A program made the position numbers and the translations under genes. 64,000 nucleotides of DNA from Spirochaetia bacterium. Lineage in GTDB: Bacteria > Spirochaetota > Spirochaetia > SZUA-6 > Bin103. How positions within the stretch are numbered: the first letter of the stretch is position 1; every line of letters starts with the position of its first letter. Shown here one piece after another: positions 28,602 through 38,282 of this stretch. The stretch covers positions 3,680,001 through 3,744,000 of the forward strand of contig CBDBDQ010000005.1 of NCBI GenBank assembly GCA_965203905.1. The letters are read 5' to 3'. Under the pieces are notes generated by a model, which was not told the origin of the DNA, did not search any database, and saw only the letters and a program-made list of their open reading frames with translations.

Positions 28602-30560
28602 TCAGTTCTTCCAGAACCACTGTTCGCCGGCTTCGCCCACCACCACCGAGTAGTAGCCGCGCTCCTCCGCGACCCCGACGTTGCCCAGGTTCACGTCGTA
28701 GACGAACGGCCCCGGTGCCTCGGCCACCACGCCGATCACCCACAGGTTCTCGGCCTGGTTCTCCCACATCTCGGTGAGCACCGCGCGGCGTTCGTCGGCA
28801 TCGCCGGTGGAGTAGAGTATTTCGCGCAACTCGTACAGCCGCTTGGCTTCCGGGGGCGGCTCCATGCCGCTCTCGCCGCCGGAGTTGTACCAGGCGTTCC
28901 ACGCCCGTCCCGCCACGTTGAACTTCATCGGCCCGAAGGTGAAGTTCATGGTGGGGTTCCACCAGTTGGAGAAGCGCGCCTCACTGTCCGAAGCCCACCA
29001 CAGCCGTCCGTCCACCTGCTTGATCTGGGTATCGATCCCGATCGGTCCCATGTACTCGGCGAACAGCTCGGCGCCCGGAGTCGCGGTCGGGGTGACTTCG
29101 TAGTACATGAACGGGATGCTCAGCCGGCGCCCGTCGGGCAGCAGCCGGTACTGGCGCCTGTCGTCCCACTCCAGCCCCATCTCGTCGAGCAGCGCGTTGG
29201 CGGCGTCGACGTCGTATTCCACGAAGGCGGTATCCATGTGCGGCTTCCAGAAGTCGACGCCGCGCGGCGGCGATACCTGCGCGATGCGCCCGAAGTCGAG
29301 AAAGATCGACCTGCGGATCTCCTTGCGGTCGATGGCCAGCGAGATCGCCTGCCGGAACCGCTTGTCCTGGGTCACCGCGGCGTACACCGGGTCGGCCGGC
29401 GTGAGGTTGGGGAAGTACACCAGTACCTGTTGCTGCCACGCCGGCAGCAGCATGGTGCGGTAGCCCGCCTTTTCTTCGTTGGACTTGAACACCGGGACGT
29501 CGCCGAGGCGAATGAACTGGAACTGCACGTCGGTCTCGCCCGCCACCACCTTGGCGTTCATCACCTCTAGGTTGTTCACGAACACGCGGTGGGCGCGATC
29601 GATGTAGGGCAGTTGCTGGCCGATCGGGTCGATCTTGAAGAAGTAGGGGTTGCGCTCCAGGAGGAACTCGCCGGGGTTGGGCTCCTCGATCACGTGCCAC
29701 GGATGCAGCGACGGCGCCTCGATAGCGTTCGGGTAGCGGGTCGGTATGTGGTTGGCCGCGTCGGTGCCGCCGACTGCGAACGAGGTGTAGAACGTGCCCC
29801 ACTCGGCGGTGTCGTAGCCCTGTTCCTTCATCACCGGCAGGATCTTCTCCATGTCGGTGTAGTCCTTGTGGTACTGCTTCATGTAGTGGCCCGGTCGCAT
29901 GAAGCGCCCGGCGGGCTGCTGGCTCACCTGTCCGAGAAACAGGCCGTAGGGCTTGGCGAACTTGAGCGAGAAGGAATAGTCGTCGACGATCGACACCTGC
30001 ACCGGCTCGCCGCCCCAGTTCGCCCAGCGCGGCAGCGTGGGCGTGATTTCCTCGTTGAAATACACGTCCTCGAACGCGTAGCGCACGTCGTCGGTGGTCA
30101 CGGGAGCCCCGTCCGACCACTTCAGCCCCTCCCGGATGCGGAACGTGAACTCGGTGGCATCGCCACTCTGCTCCCAGGTCTCCAGGATCGAGGGCTGGAT
30201 GGTGGCGCCCAGGTAGTCGTAGCGGTGGTTGGATGCCGACGGCGCGATCTCCAGCAACTTCACGGCATTCAGGTGGCGCAGGTAGACGTCGTGGTCGATG
30301 GTGTACTCGGTCCAGGTCAGGGTTCCGCCGTACTTCCCGTTCTCCTCCCAGGTCTGCATCACCAGCGGGTTCTTCGGCAGCCGCTCCTCCACCGGCGGCA
30401 GCCCGCGGCCGGCCAGGTAGGGCGAGTCGGTGAACGTGATGCTGGCGCCGGTCTGGCGCACGTAGTCATCCAGATTGTATTGCCCCGGCGGCAATTGCGC
30501 CGCCAGCCACAGCGGCGCGAGCAGCACTCCGGCCGCTGCCAACAACGTCATTCTCTTCAC
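28602..30560 (-). CDS. ABC transporter substrate-binding protein, family 5
   Basis: Signal peptide, LPPVEERLPKNPLV, GLKWSDG and RNPYFFKID..GQQLPYID. Confidence 0.92.
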   Translation of the reverse strand: MKRMTLLAAAGVLLAPLWLAAQLPPGQYNLDDYVRQTGASITFTDSPYLAGRGLPPVEERLPKNPLVMQTWEENGKYGGTLTWTEYTIDHDVYLRHLNAVKLLEIAPSASNHRYDYLGATIQPSILETWEQSGDATEFTFRIREGLKWSDGAPVTTDDVRYAFEDVYFNEEITPTLPRWANWGGEPVQVSIVDDYSFSLKFAKPYGLFLGQVSQQPAGRFMRPGHYMKQYHKDYTDMEKILPVMKEQGYDTAEWGTFYTSFAVGGTDAANHIPTRYPNAIEAPSLHPWHVIEEPNPGEFLLERNPYFFKIDPIGQQLPYIDRAHRVFVNNLEVMNAKVVAGETDVQFQFIRLGDVPVFKSNEEKAGYRTMLLPAWQQQVLVYFPNLTPADPVYAAVTQDKRFRQAISLAIDRKEIRRSIFLDFGRIAQVSPPRGVDFWKPHMDTAFVEYDVDAANALLDEMGLEWDDRRQYRLLPDGRRLSIPFMYYEVTPTATPGAELFAEYMGPIGIDTQIKQVDGRLWWASDSEARFSNWWNPTMNFTFGPMKFNVAGRAWNAWYNSGGESGMEPPPEAKRLYELREILYSTGDADERRAVLTEMWENQAENLWVIGVVAEAPGPFVYDVNLGNVGVAEERGYYSVVVGEAGEQWFWKN

Positions 30561-30804
30561 TGTGAACCTCCGCGCCGCACCCTATCCCAGCACCCGGCAG
30601 GTGTCAAAGCACTTGCCGGTACACGGTGAGTCGGGGGAGTCGTCCAATCCAAGAACCGATCACGTGTTCGGTCGGACCCGGGAACCTGCCGCCCAACGCT
30701 AGCAGGAGGCTCTTGGAGGATTCTGGTCGAGAAGAAGCTCTTCCCGTGACGGGAGGCGAGCCGGCGTTCCCGTGCCGCGGCGAACTAGGCCGAGTTCCGG
30801 CGCG

Positions 30805-32697
30805 TCACTCGTTGCCCGAAGTGGAGGCAAGGGCGGCTTCGGCGCTGCCGTCGAAGTAGGTGAGGGCGCGGGCGAAGGCGTCGCGGCCGATCAGGGAGCC
30901 GATGCGGCGTCCCGGCAGGTCGTCCATGCGCGGGTGGATGCCGCCGTAGAGGCGCGAGATGCCGGCCTCGTCGGAGGCGTCGTAGTAGGTCGCCCACTGC
31001 AGCGTCAGAGTCTCGGTGGGGCCGGTCTCGAACACCAGGAACTCGTTGGCCTTGGCCTCGAACTCGCCCAGGCCGCCGGGGAAGTACTCGCTGCCGGTGA
31101 ACAGCGCCATCACCTCGGCCGCGGAGCGGCTGAAGGTGCTGTGCCCCGAGATGTAGCCGGCGAACGGCGGGGTGACGAAGGTGTCGCGCTGGTAGGGGAC
31201 CCAGTCGATGCCCAGGATCCAGTCCACGCCGGTATAGTCGGTGCCCTCCTCCGGCTTGCCGAGCCAGGAGTAGACGGCGATCTCTCCGACGTGCTCAGCG
31301 AGGTGGCCATGGCGCTCGCCTGGAGCGGCGCTCTGCTCGGTGATCAGCTCCGCAACTCCCGGCTGCAGCGGCAGGCCGTGCGGGTCGTAGGAGGGCAGCT
31401 CCGGATCTGAGGACTGCCCCAGCCCCGCCATGTGGCGGATGGCGGTGATCGGCCGCACGTAGTCGTAGTGGCCCTTCAGCCCCCAGGCGCAGACCGCGGC
31501 GTCGTGCACCGCGCCGTTCAAGGCCAGGTACAGTTTCACGTCCCACTCCAGCGGGTCGAGCACCGGCCCGTCGCCGCCGATGCGCCGCTCCAGCAGCGGG
31601 TGGTCGGTCACGTAGTTGGCGAGGGTGTTCCAGTGCCCCGGCGGCGTCTCCGAGTCGGGGCCGTCGGCCCAGAACTCGGCTATCACCCGCGCCCAGTCGC
31701 CGCGCTTGACGAGGTTGGGCTCGTAGGGTTTTCCAGTAACCGGGTTCACCGGGTAGCCGGTGCCGTCGTTGGCTCCCAGGCTGTTGCCGCCAAAGGAGAG
31801 TGGCGAGATGTCCATCATCACCCCGTCGTCGGGGTCGAGCGTCGCGGCGTAGCGCAGCACCTCGGCGAACCCGTGGCGGTACTCGTCGCTGCCGTCGCCG
31901 CCGAGGTAGGGCGGCGGGCCCGGGTCGTGGAACACCCCGTCGCCGGGTGCCATGCCGGCGCCGGGCAGGGAGAAGGATGTCACCGAGCCCCAGTGGGAGC
32001 CGATGAAGCGCTGCACCCGGCCCGGCTGCACGCGGCCGGCCTGGTCCACGAACAGGCGCAGCGACAGCGGCTGCCAGCGGTTGGGGTCCGCCAGCTCGCC
32101 GACGCCGGAGTTGGCCACCACCAGCGGCGGGTTCACCGGCCGGTAGTCGAACTCGAAGGCGTAGGAGCCCAGCTCGTCGGCGCCGTCGTCATAGCCCTGG
32201 TCGAGGATCAGCTTGGCGATGCGGTTGCCCACCGCGGCGGGACTGTTGCCCTCGCGCTCGGTGACCCGGTAGTCGTAGCCGAGCTCGATCAGCAGGTCGT
32301 CGAAGCTGGGCAGGGAGACGTAGGCGCCGGGCGAGATCTGGTAGCGGCGGTAGAGCACGCGGTAGGCGGCGTAGCTGATCGCCTCGTGGCGCGCCGCGGC
32401 CACGTCGTCGGCCTGGATCCGTTCCTTGAGGAAGATCGGCTCGGCGGTGTCGTCGTAGACCGCCCATGCGTCCCACATCGCCGCCGCCACGTGGTACAGG
32501 TTGCGCGCGTGGATCGGCGGGCGCGCGAAGTCGTTGCGAATCGCCTTCAGCATCAGCTCGTTCCACTGCCGGGCCACCGAGTGCGGCTGCGGCTCGGCGC
32601 AGACGCCCGCCGCCACCAGCGCCAGCACTGCGCAAACAGCCAGCCGCCGCAGCCCGCTCCGGCCGCCGCAGCGTCCCCTCTCGTGCGCGATCATCAT
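30805..32697 (-). CDS. Secreted vanadium-dependent haloperoxidase (PAP2 superfamily)
   Basis: KGHYDYVRP (Kx6RP), PPFAGYISGH and SRLYGGIH...D; N-terminal signal peptide and SVARQWNE. Confidence 0.85.
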   Translation of the reverse strand: MMIAHERGRCGGRSGLRRLAVCAVLALVAAGVCAEPQPHSVARQWNELMLKAIRNDFARPPIHARNLYHVAAAMWDAWAVYDDTAEPIFLKERIQADDVAAARHEAISYAAYRVLYRRYQISPGAYVSLPSFDDLLIELGYDYRVTEREGNSPAAVGNRIAKLILDQGYDDGADELGSYAFEFDYRPVNPPLVVANSGVGELADPNRWQPLSLRLFVDQAGRVQPGRVQRFIGSHWGSVTSFSLPGAGMAPGDGVFHDPGPPPYLGGDGSDEYRHGFAEVLRYAATLDPDDGVMMDISPLSFGGNSLGANDGTGYPVNPVTGKPYEPNLVKRGDWARVIAEFWADGPDSETPPGHWNTLANYVTDHPLLERRIGGDGPVLDPLEWDVKLYLALNGAVHDAAVCAWGLKGHYDYVRPITAIRHMAGLGQSSDPELPSYDPHGLPLQPGVAELITEQSAAPGERHGHLAEHVGEIAVYSWLGKPEEGTDYTGVDWILGIDWVPYQRDTFVTPPFAGYISGHSTFSRSAAEVMALFTGSEYFPGGLGEFEAKANEFLVFETGPTETLTLQWATYYDASDEAGISRLYGGIHPRMDDLPGRRIGSLIGRDAFARALTYFDGSAEAALASTSGNE

Positions 32698-32758
32698 TTC
32701 CGTTGCCCCTGCACGCTTCAGTCGCGAAGCGCAAGAGTGGCGCAGTCGCTCCCCGCTG

Positions 32759-34243
32759 TCAATCCGAGGCGGCGCGGGGGCGCGGGGCGCGGCCGCCACG
32801 GCCGGCCCGGCTGCCCCAGTGCGCCGGCAAAGAGAGACGTACGGTGGTCCCCTGGCCGAGTCCGGCGCTGTGCGCCTCGACCGTGCCGGCGTGCGCGGTG
32901 ACTATGGCGTGCGCGATGGCCAGTCCCAGCCCTGCGCCGCCGGTGCGGCGGCTGCGCGACTCGTCGGCGCGGTACAGGCGGTCGAACAGGTGGGGCAGGT
33001 CGGCCGCGGCGATTCCGGCGCCGTCGTCGGACACCGCAATCGCCACCCTCTCACCGGCTTCCAGGTCAGCCGTCACCGTAATCCGGCCGCCCGTGCCGGT
33101 ATGCTGCAGCGCGTTGTGCAGCACGTTGCCGAGCGCCTGGCTGATCCGCATGCGGTCGAGCTCGACGTCCGGCAGTCCGGGCCGCATCTGCAGCGACAGG
33201 CCGATCCGGCGCATCCGCGCCTGCGGCTGCCAGCGCCGCACCTCGGCGCCGAGCAGGTCGGACACCGAGCACGACTCCCGGCTGAGCCGCAGCTCGCCGG
33301 AATCGGTCTCCGCCAGCCAGTTCAGGTCGCGCACCAGGTTGCGCAGCATCGTCACTTCCTCGATGATCCGCTCCGCCGCTTGCTCCGGCTCCTGCAACCC
33401 GTCGCGCAGTCCTTGTGCTTCCAGTCGGATGACGCTCAGCGGGGTGTTCAGCTCGTGCGCCAGGTCGTCGATCAGGCGCCGGCGCAGATCGCGCTGGGTC
33501 TGCAGGGCATTCGTCATGCGATTGAACGCCGTGCTCATCTTTCCCAATTCGTCGTCAGAGGTGACCGGAAGGAGGGCGCTGTCGCCGCGCTGCGCGATGC
33601 TGCCGGCGGCTTCGGTCAGACGCCTGACCGGGGCGGTGATGCGGCGCGAGAGCCAGGCCGCCACGGCCAGCGCCGCCGCGGCGACCAGTACCCCGCCCAG
33701 CGCCGTCGTGGTCAGAATGCGGCGCAGGAGTCCGTGCGATTCGGTCCCAAGGAACGCCCGTTCCACGTCCACGTAGACGTCACCGACCCGGCGGCCGGTC
33801 TCCCCGTCGGTCACGGCGACGCGCTCTCCGCCGAGCTCCGGCGCGGGAGCCCCCGGTCTCAGCTCGGACAGGTTGTCATGGATGGTCCGGCCGGCGCCGT
33901 CGACCACGACGATCCTGACGCGCTCGACGTGGAACGTCTCGGAGCCACCGTGCTCTTCCCGCTCCCCCCGACCCTCGTGTTCCTCCCCCTCGTCGGCGTA
34001 GCGATAGCCCGCGTCGGCGAGTACCTGTTCGACACTCCGCCAACCGCCTGCATTGCCGTAGGCGCGGCTCAGGCTGTACGCCACATTGTCCGCCTCGACG
34101 GCGATGAGCTGCGCGACGAACCCGTCCATCTGCCGCTCGGTGACGTAGTACCCGACTCCCACGGCCAGCACCACGGCGAGGACCACGATCAGCGCGAACG
34201 CTTGCAGGACGCGGCCGTGCAACGACGGGACGAGAACGCTCAC
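32759..34243 (-). CDS. HAMP-domain sensor histidine kinase (BaeS-like)
   Basis: Two TM helices, HAMP, LAHELNTPL H-box, NALQH, DDGAGI and GAGLGL. Confidence 0.92.
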   Translation of the reverse strand: MSVLVPSLHGRVLQAFALIVVLAVVLAVGVGYYVTERQMDGFVAQLIAVEADNVAYSLSRAYGNAGGWRSVEQVLADAGYRYADEGEEHEGRGEREEHGGSETFHVERVRIVVVDGAGRTIHDNLSELRPGAPAPELGGERVAVTDGETGRRVGDVYVDVERAFLGTESHGLLRRILTTTALGGVLVAAAALAVAAWLSRRITAPVRRLTEAAGSIAQRGDSALLPVTSDDELGKMSTAFNRMTNALQTQRDLRRRLIDDLAHELNTPLSVIRLEAQGLRDGLQEPEQAAERIIEEVTMLRNLVRDLNWLAETDSGELRLSRESCSVSDLLGAEVRRWQPQARMRRIGLSLQMRPGLPDVELDRMRISQALGNVLHNALQHTGTGGRITVTADLEAGERVAIAVSDDGAGIAAADLPHLFDRLYRADESRSRRTGGAGLGLAIAHAIVTAHAGTVEAHSAGLGQGTTVRLSLPAHWGSRAGRGGRAPRPRAASD

Positions 34244-34920
34244 GAGTCCTCCGGGACGAACCGATAGCCGAGGCCGTACACCGTCCGGATCGGCTGCTTG
34301 CCGCCGCTGCCGATCAGCCTGCGCAGCCGCAGCACGTGGTTGTCGATCGCGCGCTCGTACGCGTCGAAATCGTCGTCGAAGGCCAGCGCGATGAGTTGCT
34401 CGCGGGTGAGCACCTGGTTCGGATGGCGCATGAACGCGGAGAGCAGCGCGAACTGCGCCCGGCTCAGGTGAACCGGACGCTCATCGACGGTCACCTGCCG
34501 CGTCGCGGCGTCGAGCGTGATGGCGCCGCACGTCACGACCTGCGGCACCTCTTCCTCGACCCGCCGCAGCACCGCCCTGGCGCGCGCTACCACCTCCTCG
34601 GGGTCGAACGGCTTGACCACGTAGTCGTCGGCCCCTCGGTCCAGCCCCGCGATACGGTCGGCATGGGATTCCTTGGCCGTGAGCATGATGATCGGCACGG
34701 TCGATTCGCGGCGCAGGATGCGGCACACCTGCATCCCGTCGAGCCCCGGGAGCATAAGGTCGAGCACGACCAGGTGAGGCCGGCGCGAGCGGGCGAGGGC
34801 GAGACCGGTGCGGCCGTCACCGGCGACTGCGGTGCCGAACCCCGCGCGCTCGAAGTGGACCTTCAGCCAATGCGCGATCCGCGGCTCGTCCTCGACGATC
34901 AGGATCGTGCGACTCGTCAT
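34240..34920 (-). CDS. OmpR-family response regulator
   Basis: ILIVEDE, VLDLMLPG, GADDYVVKPF and IRTVYGLGYRF. Confidence 0.94.
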   Translation of the reverse strand: MTSRTILIVEDEPRIAHWLKVHFERAGFGTAVAGDGRTGLALARSRRPHLVVLDLMLPGLDGMQVCRILRRESTVPIIMLTAKESHADRIAGLDRGADDYVVKPFDPEEVVARARAVLRRVEEEVPQVVTCGAITLDAATRQVTVDERPVHLSRAQFALLSAFMRHPNQVLTREQLIALAFDDDFDAYERAIDNHVLRLRRLIGSGGKQPIRTVYGLGYRFVPEDS

Positions 34921-35002
34921 CACGCCTCCCCGGAGCAAGATACCGGCGCGGCGCCACGATGAGCATGGCCACCGCGCACCGGCGCGGTTACCTCAAGCGG
35001 GC

Positions 35003-35530
35003 TCAGCCGCCGTGCTCGCCACGGCTTTCGCGGCCCGAGCCGTGCTCGCCGCCTGCGCCGCCTGCGCCGCCCGAACCGTGTTCGCCGCCGCCTTCACCGC
35101 GTGCGCCGTGTCCGGGACCCACTTCCGCGTGGGCGGTCCAGCCGGTGAACGCCGTGGCGGTCGCAGCCAGCCTCACCTCGAGCGTGTCCCCGGGTGCCAG
35201 GTCGACCGGCGTCGTGGGACCGAGTTCCGTGCCGTTGGACAGGTGCACCTCCACCCGCACCAGCCGCAGGGTGCCGCCGGTGGCATTTCGCACCGTGCCG
35301 ACGAAGGCGTTGGCCTCCGCGTCGTAGCGCAGGATGAGATGCGCACCGTTGCGCACCACGTCGTAGGTCCGGTCCAGTGCAAGGACGGTGCCGGACTCTT
35401 CACCTTCGGCTCCGTGCTCGCCCCCTCTCTCATCCGTGATGCCGGCACAGCCGCCGGCCACGGCCGCCCCCATGAAGCCGATCAGCAGCGCCGGCAGGAG
35501 CCTATTCCTCATGGAACGATTGTTGATCAT
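35003..35530 (-). CDS. Putative lipoprotein with Gly/Glu/His-rich tails
   Basis: GAGGAGG RBS, signal peptide ending AGGC, beta-rich core and repeated GEHG motifs. Confidence 0.7.
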   Translation of the reverse strand: MINNRSMRNRLLPALLIGFMGAAVAGGCAGITDERGGEHGAEGEESGTVLALDRTYDVVRNGAHLILRYDAEANAFVGTVRNATGGTLRLVRVEVHLSNGTELGPTTPVDLAPGDTLEVRLAATATAFTGWTAHAEVGPGHGARGEGGGEHGSGGAGGAGGEHGSGRESRGEHGG

Positions 35531-35699
35531 CGTTTCCTCCTCGTCACGGAGGGTAGTGGAGCAATGTCTCAGGAATGTCGCATTCGTCCCGACGTCTTGG
35601 GACCGAACCGGCATCTCCGGCGTTCTCGCCCCCGGCACCGGGCGCACCGTCATGACTCCTGCTCTACGGCAGGATCCTGGTGTATGTTTGTTGACGGTC

Positions 35700-36131
35700 G
35701 TGGAAGGTAGCAAATTGGACACCGCCTATCTGACCCGCTGTGTCGCCACTCTGGAGCATGCGTTTGGAGAACTCGGGCGCCACGATCCCGAGGAGATCCT
35801 CTACGACATCTACCGCGCGGCCTGCGTCAAAGAGTTCGAGTTGGTGTTGGAGCAGAGCGGCAAGCTTCTCAGGAAGCGCCTGCGTCCCTGGTTCGCCAGC
35901 AACCGGCAGGCCGACCGGCTCACGTTCAAGGACGTGTTCCGCCACGCAGCGAAGCACAGCTTGATTGCGGCCGACGCCTGCGAGCGCTGGCTGGAGTACC
36001 GCGACAATCGCAACGATACCGCTCACGACTACGGTGCCGGCTTTGCGGAAGCGACTCTGGAACTGCTGCCGTCCTTCATCGCCGACGCCAAGAGACTGGC
36101 CGCCGTGATCGGAGGGCCGACCGATGGCTGA
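35700..36131 (+). CDS. HEPN-domain nucleotidyltransferase substrate-binding protein (HI0074-like)
   Basis: ACVKEFELVLEQSGKLL and RNDTAHDY (Rx4H); start uncertain. Confidence 0.87.
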   Translation: MEGSKLDTAYLTRCVATLEHAFGELGRHDPEEILYDIYRAACVKEFELVLEQSGKLLRKRLRPWFASNRQADRLTFKDVFRHAAKHSLIAADACERWLEYRDNRNDTAHDYGAGFAEATLELLPSFIADAKRLAAVIGGPTDG

Positions 36132-36456
36132 CTCTCCCGCCAAGTCACAGCCGGCGCTCAGGTTGCACTTGGCGGCGCGCCATCGAGAGATCGTCAAGGC
36201 GTTGCTGAACCAACACTTGCCGGATGTCGCAGTGTGGGCCTACGGCAGCCGTGTCAACGGCCGCAGCCACGACGGCAGTGACCTGGATATCGTGCTGCGA
36301 AGCCCCGGCCTCAGCAAGATCGATGCGGTGCGGCTGGCGGACCTGGAGGAAGGGTTGCGCGACTCCAGGCTGCCGTTCCTGGTGGAAGTGCACGACTGGG
36401 CCAGGCTGCCGGAGAGCTTCCACCGGGAGATCGAGCGGGAATACTTCGTGTTGTGA
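36124..36456 (+). CDS. Minimal nucleotidyltransferase (MNT) antitoxin
   Basis: VWAYGSRVNG...SDLDIV and LPFLVEVHDW. Confidence 0.9.
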   Translation: MADSPAKSQPALRLHLAARHREIVKALLNQHLPDVAVWAYGSRVNGRSHDGSDLDIVLRSPGLSKIDAVRLADLEEGLRDSRLPFLVEVHDWARLPESFHREIEREYFVL

Positions 36457-36491
36457 CTCGAGTACCCGCGTGATGCGACGCGGCGGCCGGC

Positions 36492-38282
36492 ATGACGCAA
36501 CTTCGAGAGGGCGGCATGGTGCGCTTTTCGCGCGGGCTGGTGGGCTGCCGGCCGCTGCTGTTCCTGGCCAACCTGCTCGCCTGGAGCGCTTCGCACATGG
36601 TGCCGCTGCTGCCCGGCTACCTGACCAAGGTGTACTACGACGGGCTGGCCGGAGACGCGCCGATGACCATTACCCCGGTCTCGATCCTGGTGCTGCTGGC
36701 GGTGGTCGGAATCACGCACGGGCTGTTCGGCGTCGGCGCACAGTGGCTGTGGGGCGACCTGTGGACGCGCGTGACCGGGCTGGTGCGGCTCAATGTGCTG
36801 CGCCTGATCGCGGAGCGGCCGGCCGCCCTGGCTACGCCGCGCAGCTCCAGCGAGACGGTGAGCCGGGTACGCGACGACGTCGAGGAAGGGTGCGCACCAC
36901 TTGAAGAGCTGATCGACGGCGCGGGCGTGATCGGCTTCGCCGCCGGTGCGATCGTCATCATGGCGACCATCGACTGGGCGATCACCTGCGTCGTGACACT
37001 TCCGATCGTGCTGTCGGCTCTGGTCGTGGAGGCGGTCAGGACGCGCGTGATGGCGCTGCGCCGCGCCTCCCGCGGCGCCGGTGCCGACGTGGCGGAGTTC
37101 ATCGGCGAGGTGTTCAGCTCGTTCGTGACCTTCAAGCTGGCGCCGGACGTCGACGGCTGGGCGCGGCGCCTGGAGCGGCTGAACCACCGGCGGCGGCGCG
37201 CGGCGCTGCGGGAGAAGGTCCTGGCGCAGGTGCTGGAAGGCGTGTCGGACGGTACCGCGGTGGTGTGCATCTCCCTGCTGCTGTTCCACCTCAGTTTCAC
37301 GGGAGACCGTGGCCTGACGGTGGGCGAATTCGTGCTGTTCGTGACCTACCTGGACCGGGTGGCGGACTACGCCCAGTGGATGATCGGCATACTGGTCAAC
37401 GTACGCCGCGCCAAGGTCTCGGTGGGGCGCCTGCAGCAGGTCGTGCCGGACAGTGCGGGGGCTGCCGAGCTGACCCGCCGCGATGCCGTGGGCGCGGCCG
37501 AGCGTGCCACCGACCCCGGCCGCACTGCTCCGCTGGAGCGGCTGGAGCTGCGCGCGGGCACCTACCTGTATCCGACCGGCGAGGGCGGCATACGGGACCT
37601 CGATCTGGTTCTTGAGCGTGGCTCGTTCACCGTGATCACCGGTCGCATCGGCGCCGGCAAGACCACGCTGCTCAAGGTGCTGCTGGGGTCGCTTCCCCTG
37701 CAGGACGGCGAGCTGCTGTGGAACGGCGTCCCGATCGCGCGGCCGGACCGCTTCATGACGCCGCCGCGGGTGGCCTACACCCCGCAGATTCCCCGGCTGT
37801 TCAGCGATACGATCGCCGGCAACGTCTCGCTGGGGGCGCCGCTGGCGCGCGACTCGCTGGCCGCTGCAGTCCATGATGCGGTGCTGGAGTCCGACCTGGA
37901 GACCATGGGCGCGGGGTTGCAGACCCGGGTCGGCCCACGCGGGCTGCGCCTCTCGGGCGGCCAGGTGCAGCGGGTAGCCATCGCGCGCATGCTGGTTCGG
38001 GGAGCGCAGCTCCTGGTGATTGACGATCTGTCGAGCGCCCTGGACCTGAAGACCGAGCGGCTGCTGTGGGACCGGGTGCTGGGCCGGATGCGCGGTGTCC
38101 GTCCCACCTGCCTGGTGGTGTCGCATCGCCGCCGCGTGCTGCGCCACGCCGACCGCATCGTGCTGCTGCAGCGGGGCCGGGTGGCAGCGGCCGGGAGCCT
38201 GGAGGCGCTGCTGGCCACCAGCGCGGAAATGCGCCACGTGTGGCAAGCCGGTGATGACGACCGGGAGGCGGGACCGGCGTGA
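36492..38282 (+). CDS. Heterodimeric ABC exporter subunit (degenerate Walker B)
   Basis: TM domain plus [14 protein letters not shown] and IDDLSSALD. Confidence 0.9.
   Translation: MTQLREGGMVRFSRGLVGCRPLLFLANLLAWSASHMVPLLPGYLTKVYYDGLAGDAPMTITPVSILVLLAVVGITHGLFGVGAQWLWGDLWTRVTGLVRLNVLRLIAERPAALATPRSSSETVSRVRDDVEEGCAPLEELIDGAGVIGFAAGAIVIMATIDWAITCVVTLPIVLSALVVEAVRTRVMALRRASRGAGADVAEFIGEVFSSFVTFKLAPDVDGWARRLERLNHRRRRAALREKVLAQVLEGVSDGTAVVCISLLLFHLSFTGDRGLTVGEFVLFVTYLDRVADYAQWMIGILVNVRRAKVSVGRLQQVVPDSAGAAELTRRDAVGAAERATDPGRTAPLERLELRAGTYLYPTGEGGIRDLDLVLERGSFTVITGRIGAGKTTLLKVLLGSLPLQDGELLWNGVPIARPDRFMTPPRVAYTPQIPRLFSDTIAGNVSLGAPLARDSLAAAVHDAVLESDLETMGAGLQTRVGPRGLRLSGGQVQRVAIARMLVRGAQLLVIDDLSSALDLKTERLLWDRVLGRMRGVRPTCLVVSHRRRVLRHADRIVLLQRGRVAAAGSLEALLATSAEMRHVWQAGDDDREAGPA

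Noticed and set aside
30594-30800. Palindromes upstream of the SBP gene (CCGGCAGGTG...CACTTGCCGG) as a riboswitch
   Set aside because: No recognisable riboswitch consensus and only a single copy; it may be an operator but that cannot be supported.
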